From the IMG/VR virus record IMGVR_UViG_3300040751_000875, positions 1,623-65,622 of that record: a stretch of 64,000 bases of DNA; one strand, written 5' to 3'. Below the pieces are notes generated by a model, which saw only the letters and a program-made list of their open reading frames with translations, did no database searches and was not told the origin of the DNA. The DNA comes from a virus. Its lineage: Duplodnaviria > Caudoviricetes. This document shows positions 44,412-54,000 of the stretch, in pieces (the first letter of the stretch is position 1; the number at the start of each line of letters is the position of its first letter). The position numbers and the translations under genes were made by a program.

Positions 44412-45131
44412 CTATGAAAAAAAACTATTCAGTCCTTTCAGTTCGACCTCATTCACTGTTTTACACTTATTACAAGTAAACTCAGTATAGTATGATACTG
44501 CTGGAGTATCTTGGAAGAATGCCTGAACCAACTTAAACTGTTCTGAACTTAGACTTTCAATGAATTCTTCCAAATCTTCTTTGGTTTCATTCTTTGCATC
44601 GAACACATTATCATCATCAAAGATAGAATCAATACACTCTATAATTAAATCCATAATTCCTTCAACAGAATTAAATTTTTCTGGATTAATTCTTCCAATT
44701 GTGTCAACAGATGGGTATTTCATTTTAATACCAACACCTTGTTTCTTATCAAGGATAATGGTATCACTCATTTCTTTTTCAGGTTTAGAGATAACCACAT
44801 CATCTATGTTAACAGAAATAGGATTCATTGTTCCACATTCTTCTGTCTTGCATTTGATTTGGATATTCATTTCTTCTCCAACAGACTTTGCTCTTAGTTG
44901 TAAAAACAACATTTCGATATCAAAGACTGTTAAATTATCTAATGTATCCAATTCATAACAAGACTTGATGATATTTCTAACTGCTTGAGTTATCTGTTCG
45001 GGGTCATTCGACTCCAAGGCAATCATCAGTACCTTTTCTTCTTTTACCAAATATGGTCTCATATTTAATTTGGCTCCAGTAGAGGGTAATTCAACCGTAT
45101 ACCGAGGCACATTCATTTTTGGTAATGCCAT
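44412..45131 (-). CDS. Baseplate hub subunit/chaperone gp26-like
   Basis: MALPK..P.Y..ELPSTG...RPYLVKEEK.L, LRAKSVGE, C..C zinc pairs, GL.SFF. Confidence 0.88.
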   Translation of the reverse strand: MALPKMNVPRYTVELPSTGAKLNMRPYLVKEEKVLMIALESNDPEQITQAVRNIIKSCYELDTLDNLTVFDIEMLFLQLRAKSVGEEMNIQIKCKTEECGTMNPISVNIDDVVISKPEKEMSDTIILDKKQGVGIKMKYPSVDTIGRINPEKFNSVEGIMDLIIECIDSIFDDDNVFDAKNETKEDLEEFIESLSSEQFKLVQAFFQDTPAVSYYTEFTCNKCKTVNEVELKGLNSFFS

Positions 45132-45149
45132 TATATTCTCCTAATTATA

Positions 45150-45776
45150 TTATATTCCTAAAGCACCCAATGCACTTCTAAATCCAGATAGGGTAGAAGA
45201 TAGTGGGCCTTCGGGAACGTAGTTATCGTAACTAAATGTTACAGTCATTTTCTGGGCAGCATTTTCACTATTGTTGTCCAGAGTAATTCCAGCCACAGTA
45301 GTAGGAAAGGCATTCTCTAACCTTACTCCATAAACTGGAATGTTCTTTGAATTCAGTTGCTGTATTACAACATCTGAAGTAAATTCTGTTTTATATTTTG
45401 CGTGATACTTATCCGTATCAAAAACTTGTTCTAACCAATTATCAAATAATGTTTTCATATAATAATCATTGGTTAGTAAAAACGTGCACTGTACATCCTC
45501 ATTGATAAATGTATATGGAATCTTTACTGCCTGTTTTTCTGCAATGTAATCTAGGGTCGTAACATTACGACCAGGGATTGTTACGTTTTCACATAACATA
45601 GATATGTCTCTAGGATCATTAACTAAAGATTTAAGGCCGCCACCTGATGTCAACGCGCCAATGATATTTCCACCTAACAAAGATCCTTGTGGAGGAGTAA
45701 AGATAATTTGGAATCTATTTGGCTTTGCAAGACCACCACGTTTACCTATAGTACTTTTTAATTTATCAATCGACAT
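45150..45776 (-). CDS. Baseplate-tail tube initiator gp54 / tube-fold protein
   Basis: GLAKPNRF, CE...IPG, L.NAFP, V.F.Y. Confidence 0.75.
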   Translation of the reverse strand: MSIDKLKSTIGKRGGLAKPNRFQIIFTPPQGSLLGGNIIGALTSGGGLKSLVNDPRDISMLCENVTIPGRNVTTLDYIAEKQAVKIPYTFINEDVQCTFLLTNDYYMKTLFDNWLEQVFDTDKYHAKYKTEFTSDVVIQQLNSKNIPVYGVRLENAFPTTVAGITLDNNSENAAQKMTVTFSYDNYVPEGPLSSTLSGFRSALGALGI

Positions 45777-45779
45777 ACG

Positions 45780-46373
45780 TTATCTCCCTGAGTAAATCTT
45801 TCTGGAATCTGCCCATACCGTTCTAGAGCTCTTCTTCTTAAACTGTTGAATTGGTAGATATATTGCTGTTTCCCAATCCGTCATAGGCACTCTGGTTATT
45901 TGAGATTTAACGTGAGAGGCTAAATATCGTTTGAAACATGGTTCAAATTCTTTATACTTTCTTACACCTTGCAATAAGTCATATTTAAGTCTCATTAATC
46001 TGCTATCAGGTTTTAATTCTTTAGGGGCAAGTTTAAATAATTCGTTAAGTAATCTTGCACGTGCTACGGGATTTATATAGTGTAAATTAAGACCTGTAAA
46101 TCCACCCGGTGCTGGGCCTACAATAATTGTAAGAGGGAATCTATCATAATATGGTAAATCCTCTTTTGTTTTAGGGTCATAGAAATACATACACATATCG
46201 CCAACAAGAGGCTTACTTCTCTTTTCTAAGGCAGGATCCTTAAGAATTTTAGTCCTTGAGGGTATTGCTAATTCCTTTACCTTTTTTGAAAACCATTCTT
46301 CAGACTTAGGAGTCCTAGAACGGATTCCTGCCCTAAAAGCCGCTGCACTGATTGTATCGAATATTGATGCCAT
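45780..46373 (-). CDS. DNA end protector gp2
   Basis: YFYDPKTK..LPYYDRFPL, GLNLHY, CFKRYL..HV. Confidence 0.92.
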   Translation of the reverse strand: MASIFDTISAAAFRAGIRSRTPKSEEWFSKKVKELAIPSRTKILKDPALEKRSKPLVGDMCMYFYDPKTKEDLPYYDRFPLTIIVGPAPGGFTGLNLHYINPVARARLLNELFKLAPKELKPDSRLMRLKYDLLQGVRKYKEFEPCFKRYLASHVKSQITRVPMTDWETAIYLPIQQFKKKSSRTVWADSRKIYSGR

Positions 46374-46378
46374 ATAAC

Positions 46379-46386
46379 TATTTATA
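46379..46386 (-). promoter_or_regulatory. T4-type late promoter for gp2
   Basis: TATAAATA on minus strand, intergenic. Confidence 0.7.
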
Positions 46387-46833
46387 TTAGCCTTTAAGTA
46401 GTTTTATACCAAGATTGGATAAAGTGTCTTCGGTCCAGACCTGAAATTTCCAACCTTTGTGATCTGCATATTGCTGTGCTGCAGTCCATTTGGAAGTATT
46501 TTTGATATAAGTAGTCACCTCGTTAATATATCTTTTTGTCTTACGAGATGGCTTTTTAGGTGGTTGGGTTTCTTTTTTGGGTTTAATTTCAACCAAAATA
46601 ATCTCTTTATTATCTAGTTCTACCAATAGGTCTACATAATATCTATGGAGTTTATTATCTGTTTTACATTTATAGGGTACTACAATCTCTTCCGAATTCC
46701 ATTTCTTTACTCTCGGATTTGATTCACACCATCTAAATGCTTGTCGTTCCCATAGAGAACGATAAACAACTTTATATGGATCGCCCATATACTTTGCTTT
46801 ATTCTTAATTGTGTATTTCCCTTTATAAGCCAT
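46387..46833 (-). CDS. Head completion nuclease gp4
   Basis: YKGKY..KN..KY.GD, YRSLWE, WNSEE, HRYYVD, EIKP. Confidence 0.92.
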   Translation of the reverse strand: MAYKGKYTIKNKAKYMGDPYKVVYRSLWERQAFRWCESNPRVKKWNSEEIVVPYKCKTDNKLHRYYVDLLVELDNKEIILVEIKPKKETQPPKKPSRKTKRYINEVTTYIKNTSKWTAAQQYADHKGWKFQVWTEDTLSNLGIKLLKG

Positions 46834-46868
46834 TATAAATACTCTTATATGTTAAAATATTATTTATA
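46834..46868. promoter_or_regulatory. Pair of face-to-face T4 late promoters serving the divergent gp4 and gp48 genes
   Basis: TATAAATA on + at 46834 and on - at 46861-46868. Confidence 0.75.
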
Positions 46869-46880
46869 AGGTAAATTTAC

Positions 46881-47660
46881 ATGGCCGGAGAACAAAAAAC
46901 CGAGGAAAATAAGCAGACCCAAGAAACCAAAACATTTGTATTCCCCTCAAGGCTAAGAAGTGAGGTGGATGGAGGGGCTGCTCATATTAGAATTCAAACA
47001 CTAGACGCAGATGGTATAGGGCCTACTGTTCACTTATATATGCCACAGGGAGTTAACGTACCCGATGCTGCAAACTTTACTACAATGGATTTAGGACTTA
47101 TAGGTGGTGCAGAAGGAGTTGCTGAAGGTAGGGCAACTGAAGCAGATGCAATTGCAAAGGCCGCTATGGCTGGTGGGTTGATAGATTTAAAGGCTGGTGG
47201 TGCAACTTTAGGATTAGGAGCGGCCGCAGGTGGAGTTACTGCACTGAGAGCAGGTATTGCATCTAATCCATATACTGAAACTCAATTTGTAAATAGTAAT
47301 ATTAGGTCATTTGGACTTACGTTTAAACTCGTATCTGAATCAGAAGAAGAATCTGACACAGCATTAGAAATTGAAAACTTCTTTAGAGAAAATATGTACC
47401 CTGAGATTGCAGGTGCACAGGCATTAAAATATCCTAATAAATTTTCAATTAAATTTTTCAATGGTGGTCAGCCAAATAAATTCATGCCGACTATTGCAGA
47501 GTGTTATCTAGCTACTTTTAACACTACATATAATTCAACGGGTAATTCTTTTCACAAAGGAGGTCAGCCAGTAGAAATTGATATGGCATGTACTTTCCAA
47601 GAAACAAGAACTCTAACGAAAGGTGATTTATATCCCGATGAAGATACAGGAGAAGAATAA
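46881..47660 (+). CDS. Baseplate tail tube cap gp48-like
   Basis: LYMP, NPY...F....RSF.LTFKL...E.E, YP..F, C.L, FQE. Confidence 0.8.
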   Translation: MAGEQKTEENKQTQETKTFVFPSRLRSEVDGGAAHIRIQTLDADGIGPTVHLYMPQGVNVPDAANFTTMDLGLIGGAEGVAEGRATEADAIAKAAMAGGLIDLKAGGATLGLGAAAGGVTALRAGIASNPYTETQFVNSNIRSFGLTFKLVSESEEESDTALEIENFFRENMYPEIAGAQALKYPNKFSIKFFNGGQPNKFMPTIAECYLATFNTTYNSTGNSFHKGGQPVEIDMACTFQETRTLTKGDLYPDEDTGEE

Positions 47661-48475
47661 TGGCCTTTTTTAGATTATTTCCAAAGGTAGGATATGACTT
47701 AAATAATACTGGCGTATTACAAAATATTGTTAATATCTACCGATCAGTAAGACCTTTACAGGAATTTGTTGATGATATTAGTTCTTATAAATTATATGAA
47801 ATAAAAAATGGAGAAAGGCCAGATATTGTCTCTCAAAGATTATATGATTCTCCGGATTTTTATTGGACATTTTTTATTGTGAATGAATATTTACACGACG
47901 GTCTTGCATCATGGCCTATCTCACAAGAAGATTTACAGACATATATGGCCAAAGAATATAATGGATTTGCAATTACAACAAGACCTATTATTAGAAGAAA
48001 CAGTGATCAACTTATTATCGACCATGAAAATTCTTTATCAGGTAGATTTCAATTAGGAGAAACACTTACAGGTTCAGCAAATAATGCAACAGGCACAATT
48101 ACAAGAAAGAATATTGATTTAAATCAATTAATTGTACAAGATTGTACAGGTACTTTTGTAGGTGACCCAGATGCAAATCCCAATATTACAGAAACCGTAA
48201 CAGGTGGCACTACAGAAGATTCAGTAGATACTTATAGAGTATTTAAATATATTGATGCTCCATATTATTATTATAGAGAGAACGATCCAGAAAAAAGAAT
48301 TTCAGATAATGGAATTTTTATTGAAGGAGCTACACCCGAAAGTGATTTAAATTATGTAACCAACAGAGAATATTTAATTAATTCTAATGATGAAAGATCA
48401 AGAATGAGAGTAATTGATCCACAATATATTGGCCAGTTTGTTGACAAGTTTGAAGAAATTATAAACAATGAGTAG
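47660..48475 (+). CDS. Baseplate wedge subunit gp53-like
   Basis: FF.LFP...Y, I..GERPD.VS..LY....YW...VN, WP. Confidence 0.85.
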   Translation: MAFFRLFPKVGYDLNNTGVLQNIVNIYRSVRPLQEFVDDISSYKLYEIKNGERPDIVSQRLYDSPDFYWTFFIVNEYLHDGLASWPISQEDLQTYMAKEYNGFAITTRPIIRRNSDQLIIDHENSLSGRFQLGETLTGSANNATGTITRKNIDLNQLIVQDCTGTFVGDPDANPNITETVTGGTTEDSVDTYRVFKYIDAPYYYYRENDPEKRISDNGIFIEGATPESDLNYVTNREYLINSNDERSRMRVIDPQYIGQFVDKFEEIINNE

Positions 48476-49799
48476 AAACACTTCCAGATTATTTGGGGAA
48501 AAGTCGGTAAGTCCCTCTTCCTTTTATCTATCGAAATGCATTTTAACGACTGCAGTCCTTGGTCAAGAGATAGATATACGAGAACTTGTAACCAACATTA
48601 CCATTACTGAAAGTCTTTATATGGGATCAATTGATGCTGATCTTATAATTCTTGATGGTGTAAATTTATTGGAGTCATTTAAAATTAATGGTGACGAAAA
48701 AATTAAAATAGAAATTAAAAGAAAGCCAATTGATAATCCAGTTAATGAAGTACATAAACATGAGTTTTATATTTCAGAAATATTAAATTATAGTAGGTCG
48801 AATCCAGGATCAGCATCATATATATTCAGATGTGTTTCACTTCATGCATATGTAAATAATTCTGTTACTATAAAGGGATATAAGAGCGGCACTATAGGAA
48901 AGATAGTAAAAGATATTTGCAAAGATTTAGGGGTTACTACATCAGATATAAATGAAGCAACTGATAAAGTAGTAAATTGTATTATCCCTAGGTTAAGACC
49001 TCTTGCTGCAATTAAATGGTTAAATTCTAATGCATTTACTACTACTGGTGCTCCTTTTTATTTTTATGAGACCTTAAAGAATAAGGTTAAATATAAATCA
49101 TTTGAAGATTTTATTGATGAAGATATTATTGCAGAATTTGAGCATAGACCCACACTTCAAAAAACAATTGGAGAAGAAGAATACTTTACTGAATCAGCAA
49201 AAAGAATCCGAAAGGTTTCATCTGAACTTAATTTGTCAAAATATATATCCACAGGCGAAGGTGCATTCGCCTCTACCACACATTCAATTGACATTTCAAC
49301 AAAGACATATAAAGAACCTAAAGAATTTGCATATAGTGGTAAGATAAAGAAAATAAACAAGAATAAACCATATCCCGATCGAGCAGATAATACACAATAT
49401 GGTGGAAGAAAAATTGATGAAATAAAAACTGGCAAAAATTATTTCATTTCGGAAAATGATTTGGCATTTGGAAATGCTAATAATTTTCACTCTCCTGTAC
49501 GGGATAATATTTCTACTTCACAATCATATTTGTCAACCGAAGATACCTTAACACATGATATAACCATTAATGGTAATTTTAATTTAGAGGTTGGTAATAT
49601 CATTAAGGTAAGAGTAGAAAAGACAAATATATCTGATCATAAATCTGATCCAGTAGATAAAATGCAATCGGGTAATTATTTAATTACTTCTATTATACAT
49701 GATTTTGGAGATGAATATACCCAACAATTAGAAATTAAAACGAATTCTTTTAATCCACCATTGGAAGATATATTACAAATTGAGAAGAATACAGCATGA
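48468..49799 (+). CDS. Baseplate hub protein (gp27/gpD-like)
   Basis: I.ES.....D...L.E...I.G.E, FYFYE, GN..L.VG, SG.YLIT.I.H; between gp53 and gp5. Confidence 0.7.
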   Translation: MSRNTSRLFGEKSVSPSSFYLSKCILTTAVLGQEIDIRELVTNITITESLYMGSIDADLIILDGVNLLESFKINGDEKIKIEIKRKPIDNPVNEVHKHEFYISEILNYSRSNPGSASYIFRCVSLHAYVNNSVTIKGYKSGTIGKIVKDICKDLGVTTSDINEATDKVVNCIIPRLRPLAAIKWLNSNAFTTTGAPFYFYETLKNKVKYKSFEDFIDEDIIAEFEHRPTLQKTIGEEEYFTESAKRIRKVSSELNLSKYISTGEGAFASTTHSIDISTKTYKEPKEFAYSGKIKKINKNKPYPDRADNTQYGGRKIDEIKTGKNYFISENDLAFGNANNFHSPVRDNISTSQSYLSTEDTLTHDITINGNFNLEVGNIIKVRVEKTNISDHKSDPVDKMQSGNYLITSIIHDFGDEYTQQLEIKTNSFNPPLEDILQIEKNTA

Positions 49800-50287
49800 G
49801 AAAAGACGAATTTATAGGCGGACAGTTTGAGTGGTTTACTGGTATCATAAAAGATATTGATGACCCAAAAGGACTTAATAGAGTAAAGGTTCACTGTTTA
49901 GGATTTTATGATGGTGTATCTACTAATGACTTACCATGGGCTACTGTAATGATGCCAACAACTACTGCATCTCTTAAAGGTAATGGCGGTAATCATCACT
50001 TGGAAGAAAATTCTTGGGTAGTTGGATTCTTTAGAGATGGCCCTAGTGCGCAAGACCCTATTGTTATGGGTTCTATTGCAACACAAACTGATGGTACAAA
50101 AGATTTACCATCTGAGGCGTCAGTTGATAATAAAGTATATAAATCCAAATCAGGACACTTAATAGAAATTGATAATAGTGATGGCGGAGAGAGAATTAAT
50201 ATTAAACATAAATCCAATTCAAGGATTACAATGAATGCAGATGGTACTATTACTATCGTTGCCTCTAATATTAAATTAAATGCGTAA
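49796..50287 (+). CDS. Short gp5-like baseplate spike (OB fold, no lysozyme domain)
   Basis: WFTG...D..DP....RVKV, LPWA, VVGFFRDG..AQ.P..MG, SGH.IE.D. Confidence 0.85.
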   Translation: MRKDEFIGGQFEWFTGIIKDIDDPKGLNRVKVHCLGFYDGVSTNDLPWATVMMPTTTASLKGNGGNHHLEENSWVVGFFRDGPSAQDPIVMGSIATQTDGTKDLPSEASVDNKVYKSKSGHLIEIDNSDGGERINIKHKSNSRITMNADGTITIVASNIKLNA

Positions 50288-51636
50288 TGACAAGTACAAC
50301 TATTACAATACCATGCGAGGGAAGTTTATTACCAAAACCTGCTGATCTGACTAATATATTTAATCAGATTACAAATTCTATTGCAACTTTAGAATTGGCA
50401 GGACTTCCTGAAGAAGCACAAAAGGTTAGAGATATATTAGATGATATAGAATCCGTCTTGGGTAATTTTCCTGTTTCTATTTCTAAGCCAGTATTTGGTA
50501 CATTAGAAATTCCAGAAGTAGAATGGGAAAAAAGAATTAATGCGATGATAGAAGAATATCATCTTTTTATTCAAACCAAATTTATGGAAATAATTAATAG
50601 TGTATTACCTATTTCTTTTGCTGTACCCGTACCACCTTTTGGAATATCAGTAGATGTTGTAAAATTATTCTCTGACCCTGCATATAAAGGTACTATTAAA
50701 CAACAATTTGTGGATGAAGTAGAGACATTCTATCCCATATTACCAGATATTTATAAATCATTTGATGGTACTTATGGATTAGAATCTGCAGATATGAAAG
50801 CAGAGGCAGTATGGGAATATGTAATGACACAATTAAATAAAGGTGCATTGGCAATTCTCCACGGAGCATTTGGTGGCCTGATAGATAAGTTTGATGAAAT
50901 ATGGGACGCACTTGGTTTACCTTCTCTCCCAGGGTTGACAAATTTAAATGTCCAGAGTATAATAGAAGGAAAAATAGCCTCAATTGAGGAACAAATAAAG
51001 TCTGCACCGGACGACCTAAAAGATGAATTAAGAAAACAAGCAATTGCTCAGTTGGAGTCCATTTCTATTGTAGGTTATTCTCTTATGGATTTATTGGGTG
51101 GAGAACCTAATGACTTTGTTGAGAGTATGGAAAGAAAGATGGATAGGTTTAAACGAAGACTGAAAAACTTTGGAGAAGAATGGCCTAAATATCTTATACA
51201 AGAATGGATGCAATTAGTACAAAAATTCTTTAAGGCTATTGGACTTGGTGCTCTTATAGAATGGATTACATTTACGTTCTGCGATTTCTTAAAATTAATT
51301 GGTTTACCGAGTAGTATTACACTCAGTACTGAACAAATTATTACTGGTGTTATAGGTGCAACTGCAACCTCACTTCCGAGTTTATCTCCTGTAACAACTG
51401 TGATGATTGGAGATCCAGACAGTCCGGATATACATGAATATACAGCGTCCGAAGGTCAAACAGATTTTGTATTCCCAGGTGGTACTCCGACTCTCGTTAC
51501 TGTCAATGGAGTTGCACAACATACAATAGTCGAAGAACCTTACAGCAAGACAGTACATTGGACAGTAATAAATACTATACTTCGACTTGATAATTCTACA
51601 AAAGAAGGCGACCAGGTTCTTATAATCCTTGAATAA
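50287..51636 (+). CDS. Hypothetical baseplate-region protein
   Basis: 449-aa ORF between gp5 and gp25; amphipathic LGLP repeats. Confidence 0.65.
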   Translation: MTSTTITIPCEGSLLPKPADLTNIFNQITNSIATLELAGLPEEAQKVRDILDDIESVLGNFPVSISKPVFGTLEIPEVEWEKRINAMIEEYHLFIQTKFMEIINSVLPISFAVPVPPFGISVDVVKLFSDPAYKGTIKQQFVDEVETFYPILPDIYKSFDGTYGLESADMKAEAVWEYVMTQLNKGALAILHGAFGGLIDKFDEIWDALGLPSLPGLTNLNVQSIIEGKIASIEEQIKSAPDDLKDELRKQAIAQLESISIVGYSLMDLLGGEPNDFVESMERKMDRFKRRLKNFGEEWPKYLIQEWMQLVQKFFKAIGLGALIEWITFTFCDFLKLIGLPSSITLSTEQIITGVIGATATSLPSLSPVTTVMIGDPDSPDIHEYTASEGQTDFVFPGGTPTLVTVNGVAQHTIVEEPYSKTVHWTVINTILRLDNSTKEGDQVLIILE

Positions 51637-51641
51637 AAGTG

Positions 51642-51649
51642 TATAAATA
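51642..51649 (+). promoter_or_regulatory. T4-type late promoter
   Basis: Intergenic TATAAATA before gp25. Confidence 0.7.
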
Positions 51650-51654
51650 GTTAT

Positions 51655-52116
51655 ATGGCAACTACAGGTTCAACAAAGATATTATCCGATAAAAGTATTA
51701 TCGGTGATTTGACTAAGGCAAAAATCACTTCTCGTATTAAGGGATGGAGAGATTTAGACTTGTCTTTAAAACTACATCCCATTAGAAAGGATATTATGCC
51801 TCTAAAGGATGATAATGCAATTAAAAATGCTGTAAAGAATTTGCTTATCTCAAATTTTTATGAAAGACCTTTTAGTAAAGATAAGGGTGCAAATTTAAGA
51901 GCTCTACTCTTTGAACCTGCAGATGCAATTACTGAAATTTCTATAAAAGAAAATATTAGAAGGGTAATAAGAAAATACGAACAGAGAGTACAGGTTAAAA
52001 ATATTCGTGTATTATACATGGATGACCAAAATGCATATCGTATTACGGTAAATTTTAAAATTAAAGAACACGACACTAGACAAGATGTTGAAATCGTGTT
52101 AAGAAGGTTAAGGTAA
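51655..52116 (+). CDS. Baseplate wedge subunit gp25
   Basis: DLDL....HP, AIKNAVKNL...ERPF, G..L..LLFEP, YE.RV. Confidence 0.92.
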   Translation: MATTGSTKILSDKSIIGDLTKAKITSRIKGWRDLDLSLKLHPIRKDIMPLKDDNAIKNAVKNLLISNFYERPFSKDKGANLRALLFEPADAITEISIKENIRRVIRKYEQRVQVKNIRVLYMDDQNAYRITVNFKIKEHDTRQDVEIVLRRLR

Positions 52117-52119
52117 AAT

Positions 52120-54000
52120 ATGGCGAGTAATTTAAATGTAACAGAGCTAGATTTTGATCAGATTAAACAGAATCTAAAAAATTATTTAAAAACTCAATCA
52201 GAGTTTAACGGTTATGATTTTGAAGGTTCTGGTTTAAGTACCCTTCTCGATGTATTAGCATATAATACTCACTATAATGCCGTTGCTGCTCACTTTTCTT
52301 TAAACGAGGCATTCTTGGACTCAGCACAAATTCGTGGTAATGTAGTTACAAGAGCAAAACTTTTAGGTTATGTACCACGTTCGGTACTTGCGCCTAGAGC
52401 AAAAGTAAATGTTGTTATTGATGTTACATCAGAAGTTGGTACTTTACCTAATACGCTTACAATGAATAGAGGCACTAAATTAAGTACTTCTGTTGCACAA
52501 GAACAATATCAATACGTAACACTACAAACACAAACTGCAACACTTATTGTTGATACTACAACAAACCCACCTACAAAAACATATTCATTTAATAATGTGG
52601 ATATTGCACAGGGGTATTATAAGTCATTAAGGTATAGAGTTGATAATGATATAGAAAACCAAAAATTTCAATTATCTGATGAAGATGCAGATACGAGTAC
52701 ACTTAGAGTTCGTGTGCAAGAAAACGAAGAATCGTCCTCATTTGACATTTATACAAGATTTGAAACACTATTAAATGTGAATTCTACATCACAGGTTTAT
52801 TACTTACAAGAAAATTCATCTAATTATTTTGAAATATATTTTGGAGATGGAGTTACAGGTAAGAAGCCAAATAACAATAATATTATTACTTTGGACTATG
52901 TATATACCGAGGGTGCAGAATCAAATGGAGCAAATGTATTTACTCTTTCAGATTCTATTGGAGGATTTGGCACTTCATCCGTCACTACCGTAACGGCAGC
53001 TGTAGGTGGTTCAGAACAAGAAACTTCCGAATCAATTAGATTTAATGCTCCTCTTACATTTACATCACAGAATAGAGCAGTTACTTCTGACGATTATAGA
53101 GCAATTATTCAAAGAGAATTTACAAATATTTCATCCATTTCATGTTGGGGCGGAGAAGATAACGATCCACCTGACTATGGTACTGCATATATTTCTATCA
53201 AACCTATTATTGCAGAAACTTTAACACAGGCAGAAAAGGATGAAATAACGGGTACTATATTAAAGGGTAAGAACGTAGTATCTATTACTCCAGAAATTGT
53301 GGATCCAAACTATACATATTTGGAACTCGATGTGTTCTTTAAATATAACCCCAATCTTACAGATAGAACTGCAGTAGAATTAACATCGGTTGTCAGAGAT
53401 ACAATTTCAGATTATAATTTTAATAACCTAAATAAGTTTGATGGTGTATTCAGACACTCTCAATTAACATCATTAATTGATAATTCGGATCCTGCAATAC
53501 AAAACTCAACTGTACGTCCTTATATGTTTATGAATATTACGCCTTCTATAACTGAAGGTGCAAATAACTTTACCTTAAAATTTACCTCACCATTTTATAA
53601 GAGTGGCGCTAGTATAGATTTTATTTTATCATCAACTTCATTTAAACTGGCATATTCTTCAAGTATTGAACACTACTTTGGAGATATACCACTTGCTGGT
53701 ACAGTAAACAGACAAGTAATTATTTACAAAATTGTTGATGGAGTAAATGTCACGGTGGTTAATGATGCTGGACTTATTGATCCAGATAAAGGCACAGTTA
53801 CCTTAAATAATTTTACTTCATATAATACAGATCCGATTAGAATTACCATCACACCAAATTCATTGGATCTTGCACCTAAAAGAGATCAGTTAATTGCAAT
53901 TGATCCACTCAGAGTTCAAATTACTCCAAGTGTTGACACGATTTCTGTTTCAGGTTCTACTGGTACAATTAATTACACCACACCATCGAGATTAAGATAA
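52120..54000 (+). CDS. Baseplate wedge subunit gp6
   Basis: LDFD.IK.NL, YDFEGSG...LLDVLAYNTHY, FGDGV.G, QNRAVT..DY, WGGEDNDPP. Confidence 0.95.
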   Translation: MASNLNVTELDFDQIKQNLKNYLKTQSEFNGYDFEGSGLSTLLDVLAYNTHYNAVAAHFSLNEAFLDSAQIRGNVVTRAKLLGYVPRSVLAPRAKVNVVIDVTSEVGTLPNTLTMNRGTKLSTSVAQEQYQYVTLQTQTATLIVDTTTNPPTKTYSFNNVDIAQGYYKSLRYRVDNDIENQKFQLSDEDADTSTLRVRVQENEESSSFDIYTRFETLLNVNSTSQVYYLQENSSNYFEIYFGDGVTGKKPNNNNIITLDYVYTEGAESNGANVFTLSDSIGGFGTSSVTTVTAAVGGSEQETSESIRFNAPLTFTSQNRAVTSDDYRAIIQREFTNISSISCWGGEDNDPPDYGTAYISIKPIIAETLTQAEKDEITGTILKGKNVVSITPEIVDPNYTYLELDVFFKYNPNLTDRTAVELTSVVRDTISDYNFNNLNKFDGVFRHSQLTSLIDNSDPAIQNSTVRPYMFMNITPSITEGANNFTLKFTSPFYKSGASIDFILSSTSFKLAYSSSIEHYFGDIPLAGTVNRQVIIYKIVDGVNVTVVNDAGLIDPDKGTVTLNNFTSYNTDPIRITITPNSLDLAPKRDQLIAIDPLRVQITPSVDTISVSGSTGTINYTTPSRLR

